Positions 48,701 to 60,425 are shown, numbered from the stretch's first letter. The stretch: 64,000 bases of DNA from Tricharina praecox (GCF_024521635.1 NW_026250412.1:1054001-1118000), one strand, 5' to 3'. The notes: generated by a model not told the origin, from the letters alone. Numbers and translations: made by a program.

Positions 48701-50405
48701 ACGAGCGACGGGGATGGTAGCGGCCTAGTGAAGTACTGACTGAGGTAGTGGGGGCTCCCAAATCCGCGAAGGGTTTGAGAGAGGGAGAGATCTTCAATTT
48801 ATTTCGCATGCAGCCTATCTAGACTATGCCCAACCGTCCGCAAAGGGTGAGTCCCTTGAGTGGATAGGCGTGACGAACGCGTGCGAGTGACTTTATATGC
48901 ACGGCGCCAGACCTTACTCAACTAGCTGAAACAAAACCCTTCACCATCCTGGCGGGAAACTTAAAAGCCTCAGGAGTCAAGCTGCACTCCTAAAGTTGAA
49001 TGTGTGGCTCCCAAGCTACGCGATTTATTTTCCATACTGGAAGATAATATGTGCAAGTTACAAAGCGAGTGATGTCTTGTTGCCGTCGAGATTCATGGAT
49101 TCTGCTCAACAGTCACCCCTATACTGTACTGCACAGACGGTTCCCATACATGTGATGGAGAGCGCATGGGTATAACCACCACTGGAGCTCTAAGTATGTA
49201 TGACCAGTCGGAGCTTTGGCATGCACCGCCGGGAGAATTTTATACCGCTTGATCGGTATTGCAGGACCATGATCAGCGACGCTTGGGACTCGAGAAAACA
49301 AACTCAGACTGCTTACTCTGACCGACCGGCCGATCGAGTCATACGGAACTAAAGACGCCCATCCGTGAACACCAAGCAAACGGGAATCAGGGGATGAGCG
49401 GCAGTAGGGAAAGTATCAGCTGCCGGTCGAGGCGCAGCTCGACTCCTTGTATCATACATCACTCCATTCGTACCTGCATACGCTCATCGATTCATTCTCA
49501 AGCAGGGACTGTCCGCAGTTCGAGGCATCTACGTGTCATGCCAGCGTGTCGACACAAGAGCAGCAGCCAACGGAAGGGTATCCATCCTAAAGAACGGGTA
49601 CTTAGCCAGCCACCACGGATACATACTACCACCGTCGGCTCGGGTTTTGTCCAGCGAGCATGATTCCATAATTTCGCTGAAGTTAAACTCATTACGGGTT
49701 GTTGGTCTCAGTCTCGGATCCCTGGTGAACCGGCGCCAAAGTACTTGTGTCCGGTGTTCCGCGACGTTTTAAATAACAATATGTTGGGGGATATGTATGA
49801 TGGGTATCGACAATGAATATCGTATTAGCGGTATGTACCTGATGTCTAACGACGTAGATAGGTACGAACGTGGAGTACTGCAATAGGTGCCCGACGGTGC
49901 GCGATTTGTACCCTGAATGATACCTACCTTGCACCGCCTTGTCTTGTATCTGATGACTCGGCTGATACACTACCCAGTCGGTCGTGCCACGCGCGATTAC
50001 ACTGGAACAACTGGCTGATACCCGATGATCGGGTATTAATAGACGAGGTACCGTCGGCGGCATAACTAATAATTAGACGCTTGCGCAGCCGAGCCGAGCC
50101 TCAGCCTTAACTGTCGGAACGTCAGCGCCGAGCAGGGATAGGGAATATTATTCACGGTGGAGACAAGGCAAGTCGGCTATGTACATTGCGTGTGGAAATC
50201 CACACACTCTATCAACTCTTCTATTTACAGGATGCCTACGAGAGAGAATGAAGGAATTTATAAGAGCAGGACAGGATCTCAAGTTTTCTTCTCTTTCGGA
50301 TCCACCATCATCAAACAACACCTCGACGCATCGTCTACTATCATTCGCTTCATTCATTCAAACCCTCCAAATTATCCATCTCGCTACACAACAGAAATCA
50401 CCACA

Positions 50406-51080
50406 ATGCAATCCAAGATCATCTCCGTCGTCCTCTCTCTCGCCGCTCTGAGCGTTGCGAGCCATATCGAGGCCCGCCAGGAGTCTCTCTCCACCCTCAT
50501 CTCGCAATTCAAGGCCTCGACCTCCACTGCCTACACCGCCGTCCCTGAATTCTCCGCCTTCCAATCCGGCCAGGCAGACGCAATCGTGGATTACATCTTC
50601 TTAACGGCCTTTGCGACCCCGTCTACTACCGCGACTGCCACGTCCGAGGAGGTTGACACATCCGCCATGCTGGCGAACTTGGCCTCGATAACGAAGGTGG
50701 TGCACTCCCTGGACGACCAGTTCCTCGCCACGCAGACGATCCTGCCGACCGCCGTCAAGGAGAGCATGAGTGCCGACCGCGCCTCGTTCTACTCGCTGAT
50801 CGCCAAGGCGACGGATCAGCTGCCGGGTGCCGATATCGACTGGGTCGATCCTGGTAGTTTGGATGCCTCTCCCTCGCCCGTGCCGACTGGCGTCCCTAAA
50901 GGCAGCTGCCCGGTTCAATGGGCTTCCGGAGTAGTGTTCTTGCCCGATACCGTCGACTGCGCTAGCTACTACGTTTGCAACGCGAATGGCAAGCCCGTCA
51001 AGTTCACCTGCAGCGAGGGCACTTATTTTGACTTCACCAGGCTGGTGTGCGATTACACCGCCAATGTCAAGTGCACTTAG
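50406..51080 (+). CDS. Secreted Ser/Thr-rich protein with a C-terminal CBM14 (peritrophin-A) chitin-binding domain
   Basis: Signal peptide MQSKIISVVLSLAALSVAS. Six-cysteine CP...DCASYYVC..G....TCSEGTYFD....CDY..NVKC. TATA element TTTATAA at ~50257. Confidence 0.85.
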   Translation: MQSKIISVVLSLAALSVASHIEARQESLSTLISQFKASTSTAYTAVPEFSAFQSGQADAIVDYIFLTAFATPSTTATATSEEVDTSAMLANLASITKVVHSLDDQFLATQTILPTAVKESMSADRASFYSLIAKATDQLPGADIDWVDPGSLDASPSPVPTGVPKGSCPVQWASGVVFLPDTVDCASYYVCNANGKPVKFTCSEGTYFDFTRLVCDYTANVKCT

Positions 51081-51749
51081 TGGAGGAGATGGAAAGCAGA
51101 TGGTGGCGGGTGGCGGGCGGCGAGGGGTTTTTTTAATGCATGTTTGGGTGTATTTATAGGACCGTTGCGGGAGTAGAGGAACTGGTTGGAACTGGGCCGG
51201 GTGGGTGGGAGGAACAGATATGCGAGCTGATGTGGGACTTGGTTAATAGATGATATCCTGGGATAAGAATTATTGAAATGCTATGAGACTCTATTCCAGC
51301 TGTATGATAATACCAATATTGTGATGTTCAACACCTTACAAACCACGCCCACAGCCCACCATTTTCCCCTCATCTCTAGAGCCCTCGAGTATAACATATG
51401 TGGCAATGTCGCATTTACAATGATGGGCACATGTTTTAACTGGCTCAGTAAAAATAGAGTTTAAAATACCTGGGCTCTGAAAGGGCACATTTCGTCATCT
51501 GACGTTGATAATATATTGCTTTTAGGAGCTCATATGGCTGACCGCCGGCGTGCTCAATAGACAGTCTGTTAATATTCGCGGCGACGGCAGTGAGAAGTAC
51601 TTTCTGCGGCGAAGTAGGGCTGATACTGTAGGACAGAATAGGAGAAGGATACGTACGCCTGGTGTAGGAAGCCCACAGAGTTTCGGGTAGCGAATAACGG
51701 AGAAGAGCAACAATGCTTGCCAGCTGTGTGACGAAGAGAGCCAAGCTTG

Positions 51750-51965
51750 GGGGTTTATAAGGGTCGACAGCAATTTTCATTCACGGGAAAAACCCCCGCG
51801 TGGCCTTGTCGGCTAGGACACCTACACGGAGCTAAATGCTCGCCGTTCAACTCCCTGGGGAAGAGGGGTTTTCAAGCCACCCACCGGGGGTGGTGATGGT
51901 TTTTGTTTTTGTTGTGGGTGTGACGGGTTGAGCACACTATGTCACTCGGCGCAAATGTCACGTGA
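51750..51965 (+). repeat. Pol III/tRNA-like cassette, subfamily B copy 1
   Basis: TTTATAA, CCCCGCGTGGCCTTGTCGG (A-box-like), GTTCAACTCC (B box), CAAGCCACCC..GGGTGGTGATGG, TTTTTG, TCACTCGG, TCACGTGA. Confidence 0.8.
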
Positions 51966-52375
51966 TACCTGCGCTGCCGACATTCTGTATGTTATGTAAA
52001 TCATCATTGAATTTGACCTTAGTGAATCATCGTATTCAGGGTATCTCCTCCGGTACCGTAACTTCTCCGTTGCCGTTCACAGTCTAGAAGAGCTGTCGGC
52101 GAGAGGAGGAAGTGAAGGTGGACTACTGTCGGCGGGAGGAAATGAATGTGACTCTACACTCTCGATCCACGGCTACTTTCCGTGTCCTCAGTTGGTTGCT
52201 AGTGGTCAACCACGGCTAAGAAGAGTTTCCTCTCTGTCAGCTGCGCGAGAGGATGATATCGGCTTTGTGTGTGCGGCGAGCGCTATTCTTTTTTCTTCTT
52301 TTTTTTCTTTGTTTAATCAGTCATTGCTTGCGTGTTTGTCCCTATTATTTCTTTGTTTTTTGTTTAATCAGTAAT

Positions 52376-52425
52376 TACTGTATGGTGAAGGGGGGGGTAA
52401 AAAATGCCCCCTTCACTATACAGTA
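52376..52425. mobile_element. 50-bp minimal MITE (TIRs only), TA-flanked
   Basis: TA-CTGTATGGTGAAGGGG ... CCCCTTCACTATACAG-TA. Confidence 0.75.
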
Positions 52426-52476
52426 CTTGCGCGTTTGTCGCTGGAGTACCTATTCGTCGATGTGGGAAGGAGTTCA

Positions 52477-52643
52477 TACTGTATCGTGAAGGGGAAGGTA
52501 AAAAATACGCTTTGTGGCCGTATCGGTACGGAAAAAAGCGTATCGATACGGTGAAAACACGTATTTTAACCGCATTTATACGCTTTTTCCGTATCGGTAC
52601 GGCCACGAAGCATGTTTTTTACCCTCCCCTTCACTATACAGTA
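52477..52643. mobile_element. Near-palindromic MITE of the same family with TA TSD (Tc1/mariner-type)
   Basis: TA-CTGTATCGTGAAGGGGAAGGTAAAAAA ... TTTTTTACCCTCCCCTTCACTATACAG-TA, with long inverted arms. Confidence 0.85.
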
Positions 52644-53459
52644 CTTACTCACTCGGGGGTCGAATGATTTCGTGTGATGTCAAAGGTGCGTCGACACCTT
52701 GGAATGTAGCGGTGTTTGCTGAAAAGCAAACTTTTGAGTCGCGGCTAGTGGGCTAGAAGTGGTTGCTTGGAATCCACCCACTTCACCTATAAAATACCAC
52801 CTTTCCTATCAACTCTTCCTCCCTTTCTCCTCCCTCTCCTCCACTCATTAATTTCCTCTCCTTCTTTCCCGTCCGGCACTAATTGGTGATTCATGCTACT
52901 GACTTAGATTAATTGCGGTTTATATAGAAGAAAATAGGTGATACCGTGCCATACAGTTCCCGAGTAACTTGGTGGTATACTGTACTGAACTTCGTGATCA
53001 ACCCATTGCCTACCATAACGCCGCACTCGGGGCGGCCAACCGTCCGTCCAGTCCTGTTTTGAGGTTGCCCGAGACGGGACGGAATTAGTTGGGCTGAGGA
53101 AAATCAGGACTACAAGAGGCCTGCGGATGGGAGGTGATTAAAGAAAACGAGATTGATGGATTCAGAAAACAGCAGCAGAACAGAATGCTTCAAAAAAAAC
53201 GTAACGTAGCGATGATAATACAAGGTGATTAACTTGTGAACTGATGAACTAATGAGGACTGATGAAGACAGATGATGAACAGAGACCGACAACAGGAAAA
53301 TAAAAGTAGTGGCAACAGAGAACGATAAACGTTGAATGAGCGTATCGGGTCTGAATCAGGTCCCACCTCCATAGCACAACATAGATCCTAATAAAGTTTC
53401 CTCTCTCCGGCGCTCGCCGATGGTCCCAAGCAGCCTCTGCCTCCGCCCCCCCTCACTAT

Positions 53460-54290
53460 CTACATAAAGGCCGTATCCGCCCTGCTCACAGACCCCCGTC
53501 CTCTCCCTCGACTCGACAGCACCCTCGACTCTTCCGGGGCCTTGCCTCGGCCGCGCCTTGAAACCGGCCCCAGCCTTAACCTTGGAAACTCAACTCTTCC
53601 CGGGCCTTGGCTTGGCCACACACTCGACTCTTCCGGGGCCTCGTCCTGGCTTTCCCGCGATAAGCTTTCCCCGCGTTGGGCCCGCATTACATCGAGCATC
53701 GGCCGTATATGGTGATAGGACCTCAACGAAGCCCTTATCTCATCCTTAAACCCACAATCTTCTTTCAGAAACGTGTCGACGACCTCCGCACTCAGATTTC
53801 CTTCTATCACTATCTTTGCAAAGCCGAACTCTTCTTCGGTGGAAAATGGGAAGTATGGATTGAAGTTCGTCGGGATACGTTCATCTGGGGGGAGGGATGA
53901 GCCCCGAGGGCTAACATCTGGGGACGTAAACGTAACATGATGCCAGTCTTCCAGTGCGGGGCTGGCTTCATTTTCAGGATGGACGTCATAATTGTACGCG
54001 GTGGCGGCAGGGCCGGCTTCATCTCCAGACATCGTCGTACCGTTGGCGGCGGCGGGGCCGGCTTCGTTGGCAGAACCGCTATTCGGGAGGAAGGTGTGCG
54101 AGGAATGGTCTATGTGTTTTGCCGGGTGTCTTCCGTGGTGCGCCATGTCGGCTTCTCGCTCTCTCGCCGCATTCAGTTTTGCCTGGTATTCTGGATGTTT
54201 GGTTTCAATGTGTCTGTGAAGCCACACTAGCCGTTTGAATCTCCGAAAACACCACCTACACAGTAGATCGTAGGGACCAGCCGTCGGCAT
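53460..54290 (-). CDS. C2H2 zinc finger plus Plavaka (CACTA-related) transposase N-terminal-like fragment
   Basis: CRWC..F...LHRHIETKH, followed by NPYFPFSTEEEFGFAK...LSAEVVDTFL, which resembles the N-terminal motif of fungal Plavaka-type transposases. No catalytic core. Confidence 0.6.
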   Translation of the reverse strand: MPTAGPYDLLCRWCFRRFKRLVWLHRHIETKHPEYQAKLNAAREREADMAHHGRHPAKHIDHSSHTFLPNSGSANEAGPAAANGTTMSGDEAGPAATAYNYDVHPENEASPALEDWHHVTFTSPDVSPRGSSLPPDERIPTNFNPYFPFSTEEEFGFAKIVIEGNLSAEVVDTFLKEDCGFKDEIRASLRSYHHIRPMLDVMRAQRGESLSRESQDEAPEESSVWPSQGPGRVEFPRLRLGPVSRRGRGKAPEESRVLSSRGRGRGSVSRADTAFM

Positions 54291-54877
54291 TGCTCAGGTG
54301 TAATAGGTGCTCTGGTGTGGTAGGTGCTCTGCCGTGATGGGTGAGAGAGACAAATATGGTTCTTGCCACGGTTGGATAGTTGGATGTTAAACTTTGGACA
54401 GCGCCATGCGGACGTCACACAGCTCATTGGATAAAACATGAGACGAACGAATACATACCCCGCTGATAACCGAGTCCTCTATACTCCTCCTTGCCCTGCC
54501 AGTCGCGACTGAATAGTGCCTCCTCGCCCTGCTTGCCCTGCTTGCCCTGCTCAAATGTCCTCTCGCTGCCGTGGATGCATTATCGTATTCGCCGAAGAGA
54601 TGCCCGTTCCGCTGCCAGAGACTCGGTAGTAGGTACTAGATTCGCCTACGAAATGCCCTCTTGCTACGCTGGAGACAGCTAATGTCCTACATACCTAGAT
54701 ATGCAAGGTGAATTTAGGTATGGCATTTTAGACGTTTGCCGTTAAATTTACGATACCAGTAATACCTAGCCGCGAGGCCTAGTGGCGGTGACCCATCGGC
54801 AGACTTCTTCACTGATCACTGAGGATATCATGGTGGGGTTTCTACTCTTCTCTTCTTGCCGGCAACGCAAAAGCATA

Positions 54878-55090
54878 TCACGTGATCTAGCCGAGTGACA
54901 TCCCGTGCTCCTCCCGTCACGACAAAAACGAAAACAAAACCTTCACCACCCCCGGTGGGTGGCTTGGAAACCCCTCTTTCCCAGGGAGTAGAACGGCGAG
55001 CTTTCAGCGCCGGGGCAGTGGCTTAGCCGACAAGGCCACGCGGGGTTTTTTTCCGTGAGTGGCGTTTGCTGACGACCTTTATTAAGCCCC
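54878..55090 (-). repeat. Pol III/tRNA-like cassette, subfamily B copy 2 (inverted partner of 51750-51965)
   Basis: The reverse complement aligns with copy B1, including the upstream GGGGG.TT.ATAA.GGTCG.CAGCAA. Confidence 0.8.
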
Positions 55091-55251
55091 CTTCGCTCTG
55101 CGCTCTGTTACCAGCGGGGTCCTACAGATGCGCATACACGACGATGCATCAGCTCCATACCTAGTAACTAGAATATACATACTCCTACTCCCGATGCGTT
55201 CCGGGTCCGCGTGCACTGGCCGGCAGGATTCTTCCCTTCCTTTTATAAGAC

Positions 55252-55734
55252 CAGTGTTCTACATAGTCCAGCCCGTCCGTCCTGGCCCTCGGACCGGACT
55301 GGACTGTATCTCGGCAGTCCGTCCGGGAGCGGTGTTCGGACGGACTAGTCCAAAAGGTTTTGAGGTCAGGACGGACTGCAGCCCAATGCCAAGAAACAAA
55401 GAAAACCGTTTTCCTTCCGTAATCGCAAAATCACGGCAAACTAAGGCAGAATAGAAAGCGACGGAAATTATCACGTGATAGAAATGTTCCACACTAAAAT
55501 GTCACGTCATAGGGGAGAGTTTTTTTCTGCCTTAGTTTGGCGTAATCACGCGAGTTCGAGAAGAATTTTGTTTTCTTCATTTCTTGGCATTGGACTGCAG
55601 TCCGCTCCAGTCCTTGCGATCCATGGACGGGACGGACTACTTTTCGGCAATCCGTCCGAAGGGCCGGACTGGAACAGATCTTGGCAGACCGTCCAGTCCG
55701 GACTGCAGTCCCGACCGGACTATGTAGAACACTG
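55252..55734. mobile_element. hAT-type MITE
   Basis: 18-bp TIR CAGTGTTCTACATAGTCC/GGACTATGTAGAACACTG; 8-bp TSD TATAAGAC/TATAACAC; subterminal GGACT/AGTCC motifs; internally palindromic. Confidence 0.9.
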
Positions 55735-55751
55735 TATAACACTACCCCGGT

Positions 55752-56991
55752 CCCTAGGCTACAGGGAATGCGGCAAGCCGCATTTAAGTAAATGCGAGCC
55801 TGCTTTTAAGTAAATGCGAGCCTGCTTTTAAGTAAATGCGAGCCTGCTTTTAAGTAAATGCGAGCCTGCTTTTAAGTAAATGCGAGCCTGCTTTTAAGTA
55901 AATGCGAGCCTGCTTTTAAACTGGCTCTTGTCACAAAATGCGGCTCATTTGCTCTTATAATTCAGGCTTCTGCTAGTAAATTGGCCTAAGCCGAGTCAAT
56001 AGGCGTTTGACAATAATTGCGGCCAGTTTACAATAGTCAAATTGAGCTCTTATGCCTAATTTGGCTGTCGATACTCATCCCACCAACGTTTATTCCCAGA
56101 AAAGTTGATGCCCACTACTAACAATATTTGTTTCCTCTCGCTGACAAGAGGCCGAAGTAAAAGAGAGTTTACAAAAGGACATGTTGAGATAACGAGCTTA
56201 AGTTTTAACTTCTTTTGGTGCCGAGGTCAAAAACCTAGCCACGCTGGTTCACCGCCGCCGGTGCTTCAATACTGGGCTCGCTAACAGTTACCCCTCTTGC
56301 TGATAGCTCATCCTCTCACCAACACCTCCTCCTCTCATCAACACCTTCTCTCATCAACACCTCCTCCTCTCACCAAAACCTCCTCCACTCACCAACACCT
56401 TCTCCTCTCGCCAACAACGCGCCATCATTCCGCCACACAGTATCCCCATTCACTGCTCTTCGCTCTCTGAAATTGGTCTTTGGTCTTCCTACAGCAGGTA
56501 CTATTGTGCTTTTATGTTGTCCTATAAAGGTACCGCATCAGACCTGCCTCGCTGACGATACCATACCGACTTCACCGCGGACACTAGCAGACTTGCTATT
56601 GCGCACGCCGGTCATGTTGAATGTCTGTTGAGATGTCAGGGTGAATGCCGGCGAGCGGGGTAGAGGCTGGAGAGCGGGGTGGAGGCTGGAGAGCGGGCAA
56701 AGCTGGGGAAAGCTAGGTTCGGTTTGCTTACGCGCGGAGGGGAGATATATGTGTATATATTGGGCGAGCAGCAGTAGCTATAACCTAAAATAAATATATT
56801 ATCAACGCCAGCTGAGCAACTGTGCCCTTATATCCATAGAGCCGTAATAGAGACAAGGGCCGTAATAGAGCCAAGGGCCGTATTAGCGCCAAGGGCCGTG
56901 ATAGTGCCGTAATAGAGCCGTAAGAGTGGCCGGATTAGAGACGTGCCGATTTACCTTTATTGCGACTTGCCGCATTTCTTGTACCCTAGGG
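55752..56991. mobile_element. Non-autonomous TIR element with subterminal tandem arrays
   Basis: TIR CCCTAGG(C/G)TACA(G/A)G(G/A)AATGCGGCAAG(C/T)CGCA at both ends. 22-bp array inside the left end; GCCGTAATAGAG-type array inside the right end. Confidence 0.75.
55785..55918. repeat. 22-bp perfect tandem repeat TAAGTAAATGCGAGCCTGCTTT x6
   Basis: Read directly from the sequence; no spacers. Confidence 0.95.
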
Positions 56992-57559
56992 GGTTGAGAG
57001 AGTGATGACTCTTCATCCTCAACTAGATAGGTATTGGAGATCTTTTGTAGCCTTCCGAGGTATACTATTGGTACATGGGAACTTTGGAACTTTGGAACTG
57101 ATCGATAGGATAAAGATGGAGATATGTACGCCGGCCCCTCCAGTCCCGACTCCCTTTGGCGGCCAGCCAAAAACAACACTGTATGCACCAAAGTTGAAAC
57201 GCCATGCTTTCGCTAAATACACCCAATCGCCGTTCGCTGCTTCCCGATTCCCAGTTAACACACGCATCCGCGCTACCGCCGGTCACGGAGCCCGATACTA
57301 TTAGAGCTTCCACGAGACCACCGGATCCCTTTGGTTCCGACGCTATCCTCTACCTACCTGTTTCCTCGGGCCGGTAATTGTATGTACACCCTCCCCGCAC
57401 AGAAGCTCACGACCGCCAAGCACCCGCGAAAAGCCCGGAGAGTCCATCTTTCAGCCGGCGTACTATCACCGAGCGCGCCAAGCATCGGCAAAGAGGCCGG
57501 AAAGCCCAGAAAGCCCATCTTTCAGCCGACGGACTATCCCGGAGACCGTATCAGTACTT

Positions 57560-58832
57560 TCAGACCACCTTCACATCAGGACACTCCTCGCACTCACCGT
57601 CGAAACTCTGCATCTGCCTACTCCCTCTCGGATTCCCTCGGACATTCCCCCACTCGACATCGCCCTCCGAGTCCGGAATCTCCAGCACGAACCTAATCGG
57701 CCCCGCCGCGTTCTCCCAGCAAAGGAACAAGCCCGCCACGCTCCCCAGCCCTATCAGTAGCGGAGCCAGCTGCCCGAAGGAGCTAACGCTGTTCACGCCC
57801 GATATCCGGTTCCACGCGATCATGCACTCGACTGAGCACACGACGAAGACCAGCCGTGCCAGCGCGGAGCTCATGCGCCCCAGCGGCTGCAGGATCCCGC
57901 AAAGCCAGACCAGCGAGCCGAGCTCGGGGTCGTACTCGCCGTCCTCGAGCACCCGGGCGCAGAGTGGGTGACCTTGCAGCAGCGGCTCGGATTCGGCGAA
58001 GTGGAAGGTAGGCTCGGGTTCGGGCGAGGCCGTGGTTGTGGTGGGTGTGCCTGGGGCGGATTCCGGCGTCGAGTGGAACGCCCAGTAGAAGAACACGCCG
58101 AACAGGCCAGCCGTGCACCCGAGAACCAGCGCGACGGCTACCCACACGAAGCCGACGATGTACAGCAGCTTCATGAGTGTGCGGAACCAGCCGAACAGGT
58201 CTACGGGAAAGAAGAAGAAGCCGTGCGCTGTGCACGGCGCCGCGCGCACCAGCCGGTCCATGCCGCCGAACCAGTACCACACCGAGTATCCCATTGTGGC
58301 GGTCTCCAGGAGGAGACCGAGCATGTTGAGCGCGGTGAAGAGAACCAGCAGCTGCAGTCGCAGATCCTGCGAGTTCGAGTTGGCGAGGGAGGCGAAGCGC
58401 GGGAGCTTTGATGATGCCGCCATACATGTCGCACTGAGCGCGATCATGATCGCCGCCTCGGCGACGCCGAAGTCGCGATTGCTGCGGGTGTTGTGGAGCG
58501 TCGCGATGAACATGCCGGCGCCGAAGAACGTGTTGGCTACTCCGATGGTCCATGCCGATTCCTGCTCGTACGCGAAGGCGATGGTCGATGATAGGCCTGA
58601 TCGTACTCGTCAGCACTTCCTGGCAGTACGCACAGTCGGCAGTGGATCGGAACGAACCAAGAAGATACGCGCTAGTCCTGACCCCTAGCCCATAGATTCC
58701 GTTGCCTTCGATTCCGCAAAGTTGCCGGTCTGGTACTACCGCAGTGCCGTTGAATATCTCGGCATTCGAGACCGTGACAGCGAGAGACAACAGAATGGCA
58801 CCCAGCGCTAGATGGGTATCACGGAAGGTCAT
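57560..58832 (-). CDS. Multi-pass membrane protein of an uncharacterised fungal family, 1 intron
   Basis: Signal-like N-terminus, GNGIYGLGVRTSAYL, intron ~58597-58657, several TM segments, IAWNRISGVNSVSSFGQLAPL motif. Confidence 0.75.
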
Positions 58833-60425
58833 GGTCGATCGCGGGACGTCGGAGTACCTAAGTGAGCTCGAAATCCTGGACCACGTACAATCGTCCGAAG
58901 CGTGCTTGCTTGTAGTCGCGCCGGTGAAGCCGATAGTGTCTTTCTGGAAATTCGTTTATGCCGAGCTGAACGTACAAGACAGCAGGCGACAGGATCGACG
59001 GCGAATGGCACGCCTTAAGTACTTACATACTCGGCCACTTTTAACCGGAGGCCTCGGGGTAGTTACAGTGTTACACCAGGTATTTGCTGCATGCCAACAT
59101 CGTGTTTCGTCTCCGCATTGATTGGCCACGTCGAGAGACGCCTTGTAGTGTACCTGCGCCGCAAATACAGGTAGCTGCAGGATGCGCAGTCGAGACAAGC
59201 GCTTTGTTGGCGTGCGCAGCGATATGGACTAGGTGGACACGGCCATGGACCTTCGCCGACCTCGGTACTTCTCCGTACGGCCCGTACTGGGCACAGGAAG
59301 CAACCCGAACAGGAGACCTAAGCGAAGTTGCGTGCATACCAGCCACGCTAGCGGACTGACGTGCGGTGTAACTTTACGACAAGCGTAAGCGAGGGATGGA
59401 ATACGAGCTCCCACCGCCGAGACGCTGTGCAATGTGGGGGCTTGGGCGAGCCTGCGGTCTCTGCAGGATTTAACCTTTTTTCCCTCTGGCTGCCCCGGAC
59501 TCTGGCACAGAAAGCGGGGTGGCTGTGGAAGAGGCACTTGCGGGGAATTTGCACTGGAATCACTTGTGGCCTCATTTTGGCAGTTCAAGGCAAATGCTGA
59601 GCGAGTCTGTCATATGCTTAAGCCATACTGGTAGCATAAGCCGATATAAACCCATGTTGGATGGAGTAGATGCTCGCTTCCTGTTACGCCGTAATCTCGC
59701 TGCAGTACCTGGTAGGTAGGGTAGAGTACCTAGCCCACCGCCTCGCATACATACGCGGATCATTCGCATCGTTGGTGTAATACTACGGTCTGGAATCGTC
59801 ATCTCGTTCTGCGATTTCATGAACTCGACGGAAAATACGGCGAAAGCCATATTCACCGATGATTACGGTAGACCACGGCGAAGAATCTGGCGGTTATGCA
59901 CAGAATCTGTAAAAGTACTTGGGGATTGCCACTTCGTCGTCCCCGGCTTCCGGGCCCCGGCTCCGTATGCGGTCTTGATTCCGCATCGTCATTCAGTTTC
60001 GGCGTTGGCTTCGACTGCGGCCGGGGCTTCAAGTAGGTATCTAGATCAAACCTTGCAGGTAAACACCGATGTTCCCGATACCCAGCCCATTAGGGTCGTT
60101 CTTTCCGTTGATACCACAAGTTCGAACTTCGATCGGATACCGCTGGGGTTTTAAGGACGTATGCATTCAATGCCGCAAAGGCGAACGACGAAAGAATGCT
60201 GACTGCTGAGTGCTGACTGCTGCCAACTTCGTGCTGCGGCAACGGATCGCCAGTCGTGTGGGATTCCTGGGACCGTGGCGTGATCGGTAAGGAGCGGTAT
60301 CGAGCTGGCGGCCGGCGGTCGCTGACGGCTGGGTAGAAACAGTTATGTAACCTGCCATGATCTACCAAGGTTGAATGGAATAATACATGTTAAAAGTACA
60401 AAAACACCAGCAGCGCATAGGGAAA

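Noticed and set aside
51793-51870. Canonical tRNA gene (also considered for the other cassettes)
   Set aside because: A and B boxes are present, but I could not fold a standard cloverleaf with a consistent anticodon arm across copies.
53020-53053. Helitron 3' end (GCCGC-loop-GCGGC hairpin followed by CCAG|T)
   Set aside because: The terminus is CCAG rather than CTRR, and no matching 5' end or second copy is visible.
55785-55918. CRISPR-like array
   Set aside because: The 22-bp units abut directly with no spacers, the context is eukaryotic, and there are no cas genes.
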